From Takakia lepidozioides (lineage: Eukaryota > Plantae > Bryophyta), in assembly GCA_030704615.1 (NCBI GenBank), contig CM060732.1:49352001-49416000 (forward strand): a DNA stretch of 64,000 nucleotides, in the 5' to 3' direction. The translations under genes were made by a program, and so were the position numbers. Below the pieces are notes generated by a model. The model was not told the DNA's origin. It did not search any database and saw only the letters and a program-made list of their open reading frames with translations. Shown one piece after another: positions 35,957 through 48,561 of the stretch; the first letter of the stretch is position 1; every line of letters starts with the position of its first letter.

Positions 35957-38900
35957 AAGAGGGATTTGATATATTCAAGTTGGGTGATGCAGGAGTCCAC
36001 AATTGGTGCAGCATTTCTCACTCAGACATTGGCAGTCAATGATACAACGGTGAAATTTGAGATTTGGGACACAGCTGGACAAGAGAGATATCACAGTCTG
36101 GCACCCATGTATTATCGTGGGGCTGCTGCTGCAATCATTGTTTATGACATAACCAATGCTGTATGTTCTATCTGTTACCCTGAATGAATGTAGTTCTAGG
36201 ACATTGTTTGCCATAGACCTCGTGCCAGTTTGGGTGCAGCAAGAGGGAACCGACACGACCTTTGTCAGGGGCTCACTCCAGCAGTGGGACTTACCTGATA
36301 TAAACAATTTAGTTTGGGCTCTCCAGATTTCCTCTGGTAAGCCCTTTACACAAGCATGAATCTGCTGTATGTGAGCTGCCCAGAAAGTAGACCCAACAGG
36401 GCTAGGGTTCTAGGCTCAGCCTCGAGATTTGTAAATTGGGGAATAAGATATGGTCAACGCAGCCCCTATTTCTCTGGAAGCCCGCTTGACTTTTTGGACA
36501 ACACTTCAGGAGTCCAAATCAACCTGAATTATGGGTGCTTATTATCCTACAAAGCAGCTTGCCAACTGCACTGACAAGCATAATGCCACAGTAGTTCTGT
36601 CACATTTCTTATACAGATTGACAGTGACACCCTCTCTCCAGCAAAAGGGTATCATTTCAGTCTCTGAATAAGGTCAAAGAGGAGGGCGAGGGCCTCTACC
36701 ATAGGATTGCCACCATGCTTAACTAACCTGCTGACAATGCCATCACACCCATGGCTTTATAGGTTTAGATGTTCTATTGTTTCAGCGATCTCAGAAGAAC
36801 TAAAGGGTGCGTTGTATCCTTTTTTTATATACTCCAGTTCATCAGGTTGTCATGGATCATAGGAACAGTTCTTTCTACTCTATCTTACCATACCACTTAT
36901 ATCCAACGACATCTCCAACCATTGTTAGTTCCCATGTCTCATGCCCAGCACGAATGTGAATGCCATTTTGCTTGAACAACTTGTCCTACTTCAAATTGTT
37001 TTCTTTGTTTAGTCAGCCACAGAAGTTAAAAGGTGGCCTTTTGCACACGATTTCTCTGTCGTCTAGCTTGCTTTTGAATTCTCCCAGGCATCCTACAATT
37101 CTGTGTCTTTGCGTGCAGGCTTTGATTGCCTTGTGTAAACTTGGCCTGCCATTGAGCATGCCATATCCTTCATTCACTGCTTGATTGGTCACTGCACACA
37201 AAGGCAGGTCTGACTGACATGGTCTTCTTGCATAGACCTTTGGGCTCGGCTTACCACTGGATTTGCCATGTCAACCTCTTCCAGGGCTTCAAAAGAGTTG
37301 GAAACTTTCAGGTTGAAGTCCCTGTCAGAAAACCGCTGGCCTGTGGTCGGGCTAGGGCCTCCCCCATTCCGGTGGGTTGCTCTACGACTGAGCTACCCGT
37401 CCTGTTTTGTTCTCAGAGTGCCATGCAAGGGCTATAGCGTTGACACCTCCAACAGTCCCCATCTTTGACTATCTTCCTGAGCCCCTCATTAAGTCACGAA
37501 GTCTAAGGTAGCTCTCTAACTTCAAGGGTCGAATTTCTCCGAGGTAAATTTGCTTTGGGACTCTTACCCGTCGATGTAGCCCCTCAAAGTGGGAAGTAAC
37601 ATGCTCTGGCTTGCATGATCAACACTTGGGCTAGGGTATGCCTTTTGCTTAAACCTCTCACCTGCTATAAATACATCTCATTTTCCAGACAATCAGCACA
37701 TTCCCAAGGGTAGTTCCGCACCTGTGCCAAAACTAGAGCCTTCTCATGTAGTTTTCAGGGTGATTCCAGGATTAGCAACATGTCCTTTTTAAACTACTTG
37801 CTCAAGTTAGGGTTGGATTATCTGGCTGATGGCACTATCTCGAGACTTGGTGACGGAGGTGCCTTAAGCGGTAAGGATCTGCTTGTTATCATTCAGAGGT
37901 CATCACTCCATAGGAGCTGCAGGGAATGGCCTGTGTGGGCATATTCTGAAGAAGGGGAGGCCCCTTCTCTGCAACTAAATCCAATGCACTACCTTACCTG
38001 AAACAATCTGCTACAGGTCAAACAAACATAGGCGAGGCACATGGCCATTTGGTCACAGAGACGTTTATCCCATGTCAAGCTCAACCATGGTCGGCTAAGG
38101 GAGAGAGAATGTACTCATAAGACTTTGTTTGCCTTAGCCTTGTGGCCATAGACCCTAGAGAATGTACTCATGCCATTCCCTGCGAACATTGGCTTGCCAT
38201 GGCCTTACAACCATTGATGCACGGGAAACTAACCCTCCCGGAGCCTTTTGTGGGGTTCGCACTTCGCACCCTCCCGAGAGAGAGAGAGAGAGAGCATTTA
38301 AATACTTGTCATAGGATTTGAGGAATGATTTAAATGGGCCAAGGGGCAGGAGAACTCGCTACAGTCGCAAAAGGGTTGTTATAGAAAGTAAACTCAATCT
38401 TTAAATAGAGTTAGTTCTGACCTTTCAAATTTGCTCTGAAAAGTGTTTAAGGCCCAAGGTTGCCCAGTGCTTTTTGCTTTGTCTTGAGAATAACCTGGTG
38501 TTCGAACCCAGTTAAAGTGGCATGAACAGTTAGTGTGCCCTAATCGTATAGTTGAGACCCTGGTTCAGTGCTCAAATCAGTCTTGTTACCTTCTGTAAAA
38601 TAAATGAGCTAGTTGTTGTGGCAGGAATCGTTTGAGCGAGCGAAGAAATGGGTGGAAGAGCTTCAAAGACAAGGTAATGCCATGAGTCTTGCTAGAATAC
38701 GAGTAAGTTGGTTAACAATAAATTCTTTATTCGCACACAATTTATGGTTGAGCTGCACTGAAATCCCAAACCTGTGTGAAGACATGAGTAGGGTGGTGCC
38801 TTGTGTTCATTTGTATTAGTAACAGAGAAGGGACAGGCACCGAGCAATACCATCTAACCGGGAAAGATGGCAATGGACATGAAGAAGACAGAAGGTGAAT

Positions 38901-39980
38901 GTTTTGTTGCCCCTTGATCCCTCAGAGGTGTCTTGTGGCTGGCTACCTTTTCTTGCAACCTTCAGGTGAGAAGTTATGTTAAGTGCCGAGGTTGGAAAGG
39001 GCCTCACAGTGAGATGTAAGGACAAGAAGCTAAGCAGCATTATTGGTTCACTGCAGGCAACCCAAATTTGGTGATGGCTCTTGCCGGGAACAAGGCAGAT
39101 TTAGACTCCAAGAGAAAGATTGAGGCTGAGGTATGGAACATTCTTGTGTCTAAACACATGGTTCGCAGTTTTCTTTTTCCTTAACAACAAATTTCAAGCA
39201 CTTTATGAATGGGTATCATGTAGGAAGTCCTCCCTAAGTCTTACTCTGAGGTGGACATGTGAAGCAGACAGGCATCCAGGATGATGGGAGTGGACTTGAC
39301 TTCGATGCTAGTTTCTGGTTTACTTTGTAACTGTAGAATGGTGTCCACCTCTCCTAGTTAGATAACTGATTTCCAGCTGCTGCGTTGGTCTGGTCGAATT
39401 TGCAGGAGGGAAAGTCATATGCAGAGGAAAATGGTTTATTCTTTATGGAAACCTCTGCAAAGACTGCTGTGAACGTGAATGAGGTTTTTTACGAAATCGG
39501 TATGGTCTTTCTCTTCTGTTGTGCAATGCTATTGCAACTCTCACGATTTTCTTTAGGTGAACATGTGGCCAAGCTTGTCATCAGTAGGCGTCTGCATGTT
39601 TGGAGTCCTCACAAGAAAATGATCTAACCTGGGGCACCCAGAAAGATATGCGTATGGCTGCTGTATGTTTTGGTACCTAACCCTTAGCAATTTTACACTG
39701 TGCTATGCCTGCTTTAAGAGAATACAAGCACTAGTTCTTTGCTGTCCTGGAGCTCACTCATGGCATGCATAGATACATATACAACAATGAGTTATAATGA
39801 GGCATTAGAAACAGGCAACATACAAGGTGTGACTGTAATTCTTGGTTTATGTATGCTTCTCGTTTGTGCATCACAGCAAGGAAGCTGCCAAAAGCTCAAC
39901 CAGCGAAGCAGCCTGCAGGGATGGTGCTTACTGACAGACCTGCCAACCGTCTTACTCAAAAGTCAAGCTGTTGCTCTTAA
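34866..39980 (+). CDS. RABF2: Rab5-family GTPase, conventional RabF2 (ARA7/RHA1 type), 7 exons
   Basis: Exons are 34866-34904, 35611-35688, 35993-36160, 38625-38673, 39057-39130, 39406-39499 and 39877-39980. Motifs are [44 protein letters not shown] and C-terminal CCS. Confidence 0.95.
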
Positions 39981-41487
39981 GATCTCTAGCTGTGGAGGTG
40001 TGGCAGACTCAATGTACAACGTACTCCCATCACTGGAGCAGTTACAATCAGGACAATTCCTTCAGGGCGTCTATGCATCCATTGAGTTTCTGTGCAGTCA
40101 TTTCATCACCTCCCTGGTTTGTCTATAGACTTGTTTAGAGAAAGACATGATGCAGGGCTCCCGATGCCTGAAGTGACAAACTTATCACCATGGGAGGAAG
40201 GGCCACAAGGAGGCTCTTATGTGTCATGTCATTTATGTCAGTTACAAGGAAGCTTGACAAGAAAACTTGTGTTATTTCTTGCCTTTTTTTGGTATACAAT
40301 TTTTTCCATACATTTGTTTGAAGAACATCTTTTGAAAGCTCACAAAACATGGCTGCTGGACAGTGTCAGGGTGACAAGTGTAAGGGTGACATACATTTGA
40401 CAAGTGTTATGTAGGTTGTCTGCTGTGTAGGGTAGAAGCACCCTGAAGAGCTGCCGGACAGTGTCATGACAGCTCTATGGAGATTGCAGGGCAGAGTTTG
40501 TTATGGTGGAAGTGATCTGTCCCTCTCAACAGGATGTAGTTGGCCAAATGGGAGCATCCTTGACGCCCTATGTGTTGAGGGCATTTGCGTCACGCCTCAG
40601 AAGAAAATCGATTCCAATTTACTGACGATTGTGGTTCTTCTTGACCTTATCCCCCACTGAGGAATGGTTCTCTTCAACACAGAATTCACCTACAATTAAG
40701 CCAGACACAGGTGCCCACTTGCAGGGACTTAAAAACTAAGTGTGAAACTGAGTATGTTTGTGCAAAGAATCAATCTGGATGGCAAAAACAATTTACTCCT
40801 TTACACACCCTGCCTTCCGACACAAAATAAGTCAATTCCCGGGAGATCTGCCTGCTCCATCTCAACAAATCTACCCCAAAAAGTTTAAGAAAGGTAACAC
40901 ACTTGGGTCAGGCATTGTCTAACAAGGGAGAGAAAGAAAAAGAGGGTGGTTCTGCTGATCCCCTTGCAGAGGATACAGTCAGAACTAACAAGGCATGGAA
41001 CTAACCCAATACTAGTGATGTTACAACAACTGTCTTTCATACTTACATTTTCCATGTTTCCGAGACAGATGGCATCCAGGTCACAGTTTCTCCTCCCAAA
41101 GCTTTGCCCAACAGAGATGCTTTAGTCATTTTTGGTATCAGATTGGTAGTCCACTAATACTCGCCAAGACCACTGTCAGTAGCAGTTGAGAGCCACTATT
41201 CTGATGCCGAAACACAGAGAAAGAGAGAGAGAGAGAGACACACACACACGCGCCCACCAAGAAAGCTGGGACTGTTTGTTGGCTAAAAGTGCGGGCATTG
41301 TGAAAGAATCAAGGCAAAAAAGTCTGTATTGTGTATGAGAGAAACAGGGGTGAATGTGAGAATGCTAATTGTTGCCCACATGATGGCCCTTATCAGACAA
41401 AATTAGACGAATTTCCAAGGGATAACCTACTCCATTAACAAATTTCCTGGGTGCATCATAAGGTTCATCAATTGTAACACACCTAGT

Positions 41488-42534
41488 TCACCTGGCAGAT
41501 TCAAGAGTGCGGGTAGGTCCTTCAATGGGTCCAGCCTCGTCGTGCAGGACTCCTAATCCTACAAGCCCTCTCTCTTCATCATCCTCTGGCGGTGTCATTT
41601 TCGTCATTGGGGGCTTAAACTTCGTGGTCGTTGTTTGCTGGTATAGGACCCCTCCAACAATTGTGAAGAGAAGGAACACAAGACCCGGGAGGCTGGAATG
41701 CTTATCCCATATGAGCACGTTGATCACCACCGTAAGCAACTTGTTTACCACGCCTGTCACTGTGAATGCGGTTGCTGAGATTGCCTTCCTCGCGGCAAAT
41801 CCAAAGAAGCTGATAGCTAGGCCGAACAGGCAAGAAAGTCCTACAGCAAAAACCGAGGAAGCCCACTGTTGCCCTGGTAATGAAGAGGCGGCAGCAATGT
41901 CGTTGTACTCGCCCATCGCAATCCAGAAGAAGGGGGAGAGAATCAGTGAGAGCAAGTTGTTGTACAAGACAAACCCCCATGTATTTAGCCCGAGATCTGT
42001 CACCATGTGCTTGACGTAAACCATCTCTGTGCATATGGTGATCAGGTATGCAATGGCCCATGAGTACGCAGTAATTGTAAAAGCAGAGTCTGTGATCACA
42101 TAACCTATCGCCCCACCAAGAATGACAAGAAGTGAGGCAAATGTGTACTTCGAAGGCAGGGCTTGCTTGCGGAACACAGTGTCCGCCAGGGCCACCAACA
42201 GGGGCGTGGACGATCTAAAGACAATAAAGGTGTCCACATTGGCATGCTTGAGGAGATTTGTGTTGGTAAATATCGCGAGGTAGAATACAAATGCAGCAGG
42301 AAGAAATTTCTTCGCCGTCTCCCAGTTGAAGGGGTCATGATGGATTAAGCCGATCCGACCGGCCACCCAGACGCCCAACACGCTGGTTGCATATTGCATT
42401 GCAGTAAGGAGCCCCGGAAATGGAAAGTAAGTGATTGCATACTTGTTAATCACAGCTAAGAGGCTTGAGCATATGCCGTACCCCACCACCACCGTGACCA
42501 CCCCATAGCTTTTGGCGTCTCCTTTGTCCTTCAT
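41488..42534 (-). CDS. GFT1: Golgi GDP-sugar transporter, GFT1/GONST4-like (GDP-fucose)
   Basis: Intronless 348-aa multi-TM ORF from ATG 42534 with CSSLLAVINK, FYLAIFTNTNLLKHANVDTFIVFRS and the GDP-transporter motif GVVNK. Confidence 0.88.
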   Translation of the reverse strand: MKDKGDAKSYGVVTVVVGYGICSSLLAVINKYAITYFPFPGLLTAMQYATSVLGVWVAGRIGLIHHDPFNWETAKKFLPAAFVFYLAIFTNTNLLKHANVDTFIVFRSSTPLLVALADTVFRKQALPSKYTFASLLVILGGAIGYVITDSAFTITAYSWAIAYLITICTEMVYVKHMVTDLGLNTWGFVLYNNLLSLILSPFFWIAMGEYNDIAAASSLPGQQWASSVFAVGLSCLFGLAISFFGFAARKAISATAFTVTGVVNKLLTVVINVLIWDKHSSLPGLVFLLFTIVGGVLYQQTTTTKFKPPMTKMTPPEDDEERGLVGLGVLHDEAGPIEGPTRTLESAR

Positions 42535-44838
42535 GGCAGAAAAACAGGAAATTAACAAAGAAAGGTCCCTGAAATCAACAAGAGCACATGGAATCGCGGT
42601 AGACTCTAAAATTTACAAGAACTCCATGTCCTCCAGCTCAATGCCATCCTGCAGCTCCGCTACTCCGATCCAAGCAGTATCAGGAAGCACTGGACTGAAA
42701 CGATCAAACCCAAAACCCACTATTTGAAAGATCAACAAATGCCTAAAACCCTTGCTCCACCCCACTACAATCTCTCTATCCTTCACGTCCCCCCATCTCA
42801 TCTGTCGTCTCTTTCAAGGACCAATGTGACATCCACTCATTGCAAACACTATCTTGGTCTGCATCACTTGTGCATGTCTCTCTGCTGCACAATCAAGAAC
42901 CTCCCGATTGCCATCCGTCGTCTCCTCCACCCTTGCAATCTAGCTGCGAGAACCAAGAAAACCACCGAGCACGCCTCTTTACCGTAACCCTCACCTCTTT
43001 TTACCCTTCACGTCTGAGATCTGCCATCTCTTCCATCCGACCGCTGGTGAGGGGCCACGGGGATCATCAGAAGACAAACAGGACCATCATTTGGGACGCG
43101 TATCACTGTTATGATAGTACTTTACTGTAATTACTCGGCTCATAACTGAATGAAACAATTGGGTCGTGATCTTGCATGAAGAAGGAATCTGTGGTATGAA
43201 TACCCCCCGTCTTTTCCTGTACCTTGATGACTACCTTGCATCTCAAAGTTGTTTCGAAAAATGCTCCATGATTGTCGAAAGAACAGGAAACTCTTGGTAG
43301 GTGTCTTCTCAATCAGGACCCAAGGTGCTCCTAGCCTCACAGATTCTCCTTCCTTTACGAATGTTGAGGGTGTTGAGGAAGTAGTAGTATCACAAGTGAA
43401 TCAGTGCCCACACGCAGCCCAAACTTGGACCACTGGGCCCCCACACTGTCACATTCACCAACACCTTCACACAAGGTGTGTGAGCCCATGCAACATCTCC
43501 TAGACCTCTCTCCATTGCGTTGCTAACATGGCATTAGACACAGCACCGAGACAATTACGACAATCTCAGCAGGCAGGGTAATCCGGAGAAAATTGGGCTG
43601 ACACGATAGTGAATTACTTAGTTCAGGACAAGACTGTAGCTAGCTAGAAGTATGGATAAAACAATAGCACATTAATTCGGAGAAAGTGTATTAACTGGTG
43701 CCCACTTCACGAGTCGGGATTGTAGACTGAAGGGCATCTTTAGGTGAAAGGTTTTGAAAGCAACTTCCCATCTCCAGCGCACAGAAGCAATGCTTGCTGA
43801 GTGGCTCTGTTTGCTTCTACTTGGAAGCGCCAACAGACCTTCAATCTTCAATACTTTTATTGGGCAGTTTGGTTGCAGAAAGCAACTTTGAAAATTGACA
43901 AACTTCCTCTGCACTCTATGGGACAAAAGTTATTGAAGGATTCTCTGAAATCCTTACCCTGCAACCTTCTTCAGGAAGGAAGTTTATCGCATAAGAGGTG
44001 ACTCTGCAAACTGGACTTGGAAAAAAAATCCTGGTCCTGACTGGGAGGAAGAATCTGTGGTCATATCCCACAGACCAGTCCCCCAGACCAGTCGGATGAT
44101 TACTGACGAATCTCATACAAGAAGACAAAAATTCCTTGCAACCTTTATGGGGATTGAGGCCGAGCCCTTTCCTACAGATGCACTGGATCATGAACTGGGG
44201 AGGTGACTGCTGTGTGCACCCCATCGTCCCCGGTTAACATTGAGCTCATGGAAGTACGTCTCAGGACCCGCACTTGTCCAAGTGATAGTGGAAGAACCAT
44301 ACTCCTACAGAGTAGAGGACTAGTACAACACATGGAATAAGATGCGTTTCAAGATCTGCAACAATGAGCAGTAGCGTCAAAGTGACTACAGGGTACTCAT
44401 AGCTCGCAACAAGCTGGGTGCTTGTCTGATCTAAGCCTCCTTGTAGGAACCCACATGGAAAGTGGATCCAACGTGTGCACATAAGGTTCAATTGGGAGCC
44501 AGCAAGTTACTGACCGGGATTGTCAGCCCTTCATCGAATTGTGAGCCATCCTGCAGCTATCACTCCACTGTTTCGCAACGGTGGGTCCACCAGACAAGCT
44601 TCTTATGGTTATCCAGGAGGCCAAGAAAATTTCCCTGCAACAAAAATTGTTTTGATGTTGCACTTTCATCGAGACATCATACTCTGAAATGGCAAATGAA
44701 GAGATGTTGTGGCGCCTGATTTTGTGGTATGGACTCAATGGCACAGAGTCTCTGGAACTCTACTCTTGCCTACAAAGAATAACAACTTGCACGATTTGCA
44801 CCCTCACATATGAAGATGCACTTTATTTCATTGCTTTC

Positions 44839-47088
44839 TCACCAGTAATCCCCACAAGAACAAGTTCCCTCTTGGAAGTGGTGAAATCGACTGGCATCCC
44901 GTACAACAACTGCTCGCCCCACAATCTTTGAGATAAACTTGGTGGCCGTGTGGCAATCACTGCACACCCGAAGATTCTTGATTATGTGGATTGGTGTTCC
45001 TGGGGGAGTTCTAATGAGCCCAAAAGCAATGGCCAGCTTCTCACTGTGGTGGCAAAGAGAAGACTCTTTTTGGTCCTCCAAATCATGTGATACAAAGCGT
45101 GTGTCAGGTATGTACCCAGCAGACTTCATCTGTCTGGTCAGTGTCTTCAGCTCAGCATGGATTTCACCAATTTGTGGGTGCGAATTGTCTTCTACAACAA
45201 ATGTATGCACTTGGTTGTCAACTTCAATGCAGCTGTGCCCTGGCTCCTTTCTGACACCTCTCTCCTCCATCAATTTTCTCACCTTTGCTCTCTCCTTGTA
45301 TCTTCCAGCAGCAGCATAGATATTTGACAGCAACACATAAGCTGCGGGGTGCTGTGGATCCCATTTCAAACTGGCTTTCGCCGCACGTTCAGCTAGTTCC
45401 ACATCCCCGTGAATTCTGCAAGCGCTCAGTAAGGCCCGCCACACTGAAGCAGCTGCTTCCATTGGCATTTTGTTGATGAATTCCTCTGCCTCATCCAATT
45501 TCCCTGCACGGCCAAGGAGGTCCACCATGCAGCCAAAATGCTCCATTGTAGGTGTTACGCCAAAATTTCGAGTCATGGAATCAAAGTATAGACGTCCTTC
45601 ATGCAGTAGACCTGCATGACTACAGGCAGACAGAATAGATACAAAGGTGACGTCATTTGGCTTCAAGCCTTCATCCTGCATTTGTTGAAATAATTGGAGG
45701 GCTTCATCACCATGGCCGTGCTGAGCATATCCTGCGATAATCGTGCTCCATGAGACAACGTCTCGTTCAGCCATATTGTCAAACAGTTGAAGTGCATCCT
45801 TTAGGCTCCCACACTTTGCATACATGTCAATGAGACTATTCTCTAAATTAACATACGACTCAATTTCAGCTTCAATGATCTCTGCATGGACCTCTTTGCC
45901 TTTTTCAAGGGCTCCTAGGCTGGCACAGGCATTCATAATGCAAATGTAAGTAACCTTGTTGGGTGGCACCCCTTCCTGTTGCATTTGCTCATAGACATCA
46001 AAAGCCTCCCTACCATACCCATGCTGTGCATATCCTGTGATCATGGCGTTCCATGAGACCACATTTCGGTGAGCCATGTTGTCAAACACTTTGCACGCAT
46101 CCTTCACACTCCCGCATTTGGCATACATGTCAACAAGGGTATTCTCCAAATTAATATATGATGATATTCCAGCTTTGATGATATCAGCATGGACCTGCTT
46201 GCCCTTTTCGAGGGCTCCCAAACTTGCACATGCATTGAGAATGCAAATAAATGTCACCTTGTTGGGCTTCACCCTTTCCCCTTGCATTCGCTCGTAGATC
46301 TCAAAGGCCTCCCTACCACTCCCATTCTCGGCGTATCCAGCAATCATCGCACTCCATGAGACAACATCTCGTTTGGCCATCTTGTCAAACACTTCACGCG
46401 CATCCTCTACGCTCCCACATTTGGAATACATGTCAATAAGGGCATTCTCCAAATTAATGTATGACACAATTTCAGCTTCAATGATGGCAGCATGCACCTC
46501 TTTACCCTTCTCCAGGGCTCCTAGGCTGGCACATGCATTAAGAATGCAAATGAACGTCACCCTGTCGGGGGTCACTCCTTCCTGTTGCATTTGCTCATAA
46601 ATCTCAAAAGCCTCCCTCACAAACATATGCTTCGCATATCCTGCTATCATTATAGTCCATGTAAACAATGTCCGTTCAGGCATTTTGTCAAACACTAGGC
46701 GTGCATCCACAATGCTCCCACACTTTCCATACATGTTGATAAGAGTGTTGAGTATGATAGTGTTTCGCTTGAATCCACTTTGCATAACGTGGGCATGCAC
46801 CTGCTTTCCTGCTGCCAGGTCATTCATCTTGATGCACACCTGCAAGAGACTGATGTAAGTACTGGAGTCGACCTGAATGCCTTGTTGATTCAAAATATAC
46901 AGAGCTTCTTTCAGCTGTCCTGCCTTACATAGTGTGCGTATATCTGCACAAGTACCAGAACAGTTCTTGCCTCCCTCTCTTGGCCCAATTTCAAAAGCAG
47001 CGGTGATGGTGGAGGCTCTACCCCCTCCACCAGTTCGATGTCCAGCAAACAATTGTCCCTGATTGGATGCAGCAATCCTGCATGCCAA
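44839..47088 (-). CDS. PLS-class PPR protein with E and DYW domains (organellar C-to-U RNA editing factor)
   Basis: P-L-S triplets with an exact 303-bp period, a PG box, HSEKLA, NLRVCSDCH and terminal CSCGDYW. The ORF-track start is TTG, so the true start is probably in an upstream exon. Confidence 0.93.
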   Translation of the reverse strand: MACRIAASNQGQLFAGHRTGGGGRASTITAAFEIGPREGGKNCSGTCADIRTLCKAGQLKEALYILNQQGIQVDSSTYISLLQVCIKMNDLAAGKQVHAHVMQSGFKRNTIILNTLINMYGKCGSIVDARLVFDKMPERTLFTWTIMIAGYAKHMFVREAFEIYEQMQQEGVTPDRVTFICILNACASLGALEKGKEVHAAIIEAEIVSYINLENALIDMYSKCGSVEDAREVFDKMAKRDVVSWSAMIAGYAENGSGREAFEIYERMQGERVKPNKVTFICILNACASLGALEKGKQVHADIIKAGISSYINLENTLVDMYAKCGSVKDACKVFDNMAHRNVVSWNAMITGYAQHGYGREAFDVYEQMQQEGVPPNKVTYICIMNACASLGALEKGKEVHAEIIEAEIESYVNLENSLIDMYAKCGSLKDALQLFDNMAERDVVSWSTIIAGYAQHGHGDEALQLFQQMQDEGLKPNDVTFVSILSACSHAGLLHEGRLYFDSMTRNFGVTPTMEHFGCMVDLLGRAGKLDEAEEFINKMPMEAAASVWRALLSACRIHGDVELAERAAKASLKWDPQHPAAYVLLSNIYAAAGRYKERAKVRKLMEERGVRKEPGHSCIEVDNQVHTFVVEDNSHPQIGEIHAELKTLTRQMKSAGYIPDTRFVSHDLEDQKESSLCHHSEKLAIAFGLIRTPPGTPIHIIKNLRVCSDCHTATKFISKIVGRAVVVRDASRFHHFQEGTCSCGDYW

Positions 47089-48362
47089 AACTAGTTGTTA
47101 CAAACCTCTCAACTCAAACCCCCACACTAGTAGGTTTCAAGGATACTGTGAAGAAAATACTCTTGAAGATGACTGACTCTTGCTATACAAAACAGGGACA
47201 AAATACTATTGCATGTTTGAGAATCAACTGTATTAATTTTACCTACTTAAGTTGAATCCCTTGAAGCATCGTCAGAACAATACCCATTGTATTCTTGGCC
47301 TGGAGCTCCATGGTTTACATCAACAATAGAACTATCACCAGATTGTGCTCGACCTTGTATTATACTTGGTCGTAGGTCAGACTCACATCCCTCCACAGCA
47401 CTTGCTTGACCAGAATCTGTGCTCCGACCATAATCTGCAAATCAGTCTGGACTCCCATCTTGAAACTTCAAGGTTCACACCAAACTTACAGCCATATTTT
47501 CATATCCATTCACCATCGCATTGTGTTCGACCTTTTCTCAAGGCTAGCTCCATTTTTCCCCAAACGGGGTGTGGCTGAGTCTCACACCAAAGAACCTCCT
47601 TTCTGCACTCATGTCTGAAGTTTGGTGAGCTTGGATTTTTCTGTGTAAACCACCTGTGTGTCGCTGAGCAGCCAAGCTTTAATCACAGCCTTTTAAAGAC
47701 CAGGCTACAACCGCCAAAGTTCCACAAGCATCTCCTCCAGAACAGCCAAAACTTTGAACAAACCAACTTCCATGCTACTGTGTATTAACAATCACTACAG
47801 CCAGTGTGTCACACCACAACAGGTCAACCTTGTGGACAGATACTAATTTCCCGAGTCTGTTTAGGAATGCTACTGTAGGGTTTCCACATAATTTTCTTTC
47901 ACTTCTCACTCCAATTCTGCTGCTCAAGACGGACCACAACAATGCGTGTCAGATAGGTAGAGGGCCTGGGAATCAACGAGTGAGCTCATATTCTACGCAC
48001 CTTTCGCAATCTCCTCGCTGACTACACGCTGTCACAACTTCCAAACTGGGACAACCTGGTGGGTGATTTCGACCAAAACAGCTTATCCCACAAGCGCTGT
48101 GCTCCCAACCTAGCCATCTAACCGAGTACTTCTCTGTCTGTCTCTTATGCGGGGAATGGATAGAGATAAATACCCCACAGGTTTCAGATCGTCGGGAGGT
48201 ACTGATCGAGATATGGAGACAGAATAAGGGTGTTAATTACGCTCGCGTTCCTTGTAGAAACTTCTTTGACCAGACTGGGGCCAAATTCTGTTGGCAGGGG
48301 CCCGAGAACAATCCTAATCCGAAGCACAGAATTAGTGAACTGAAAATGGTTTAATGCTTTAC

Positions 48363-48561
48363 CTTTCTTCAGTTCCCAAAGACGCTTGGTCACTTTCAAA
48401 GGCCTCTGGCCCGGCATCGCCGATGTGGATGCCCATCTTAACTCCACAGTTTGATTCGCCAATCTGCTACATGATGTTTGGCCTCCCGACGATTTCCTGC
48501 ACGGTAAAGACAGGGCATTTCCAGGTATGCCCTCTACCTGCGCACCGATAGCTCCAGCCAT
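48363..48561 (-). CDS. Candidate first exon (transit peptide) of the PPR-DYW gene
   Basis: ATG 48561 begins a Ser/Arg-rich peptide. The phase-1 donor AAG|gtaaag is compatible with the phase-1 acceptor tacttgtgcag at 46943. Confidence 0.45.

Noticed and set aside
37440-37780. Possible L1 remnant in Rab intron 3, and a possible LINE tail (GAAAT)n near 28210
   Set aside because: Only weak motifs are visible, which cannot be supported without a search.
41507-42019. Antisense ORFs over GFT1, and similar ones over CYP94, the PPR and LPA1
   Set aside because: These are shadow ORFs of real coding strands with no recognisable motifs.
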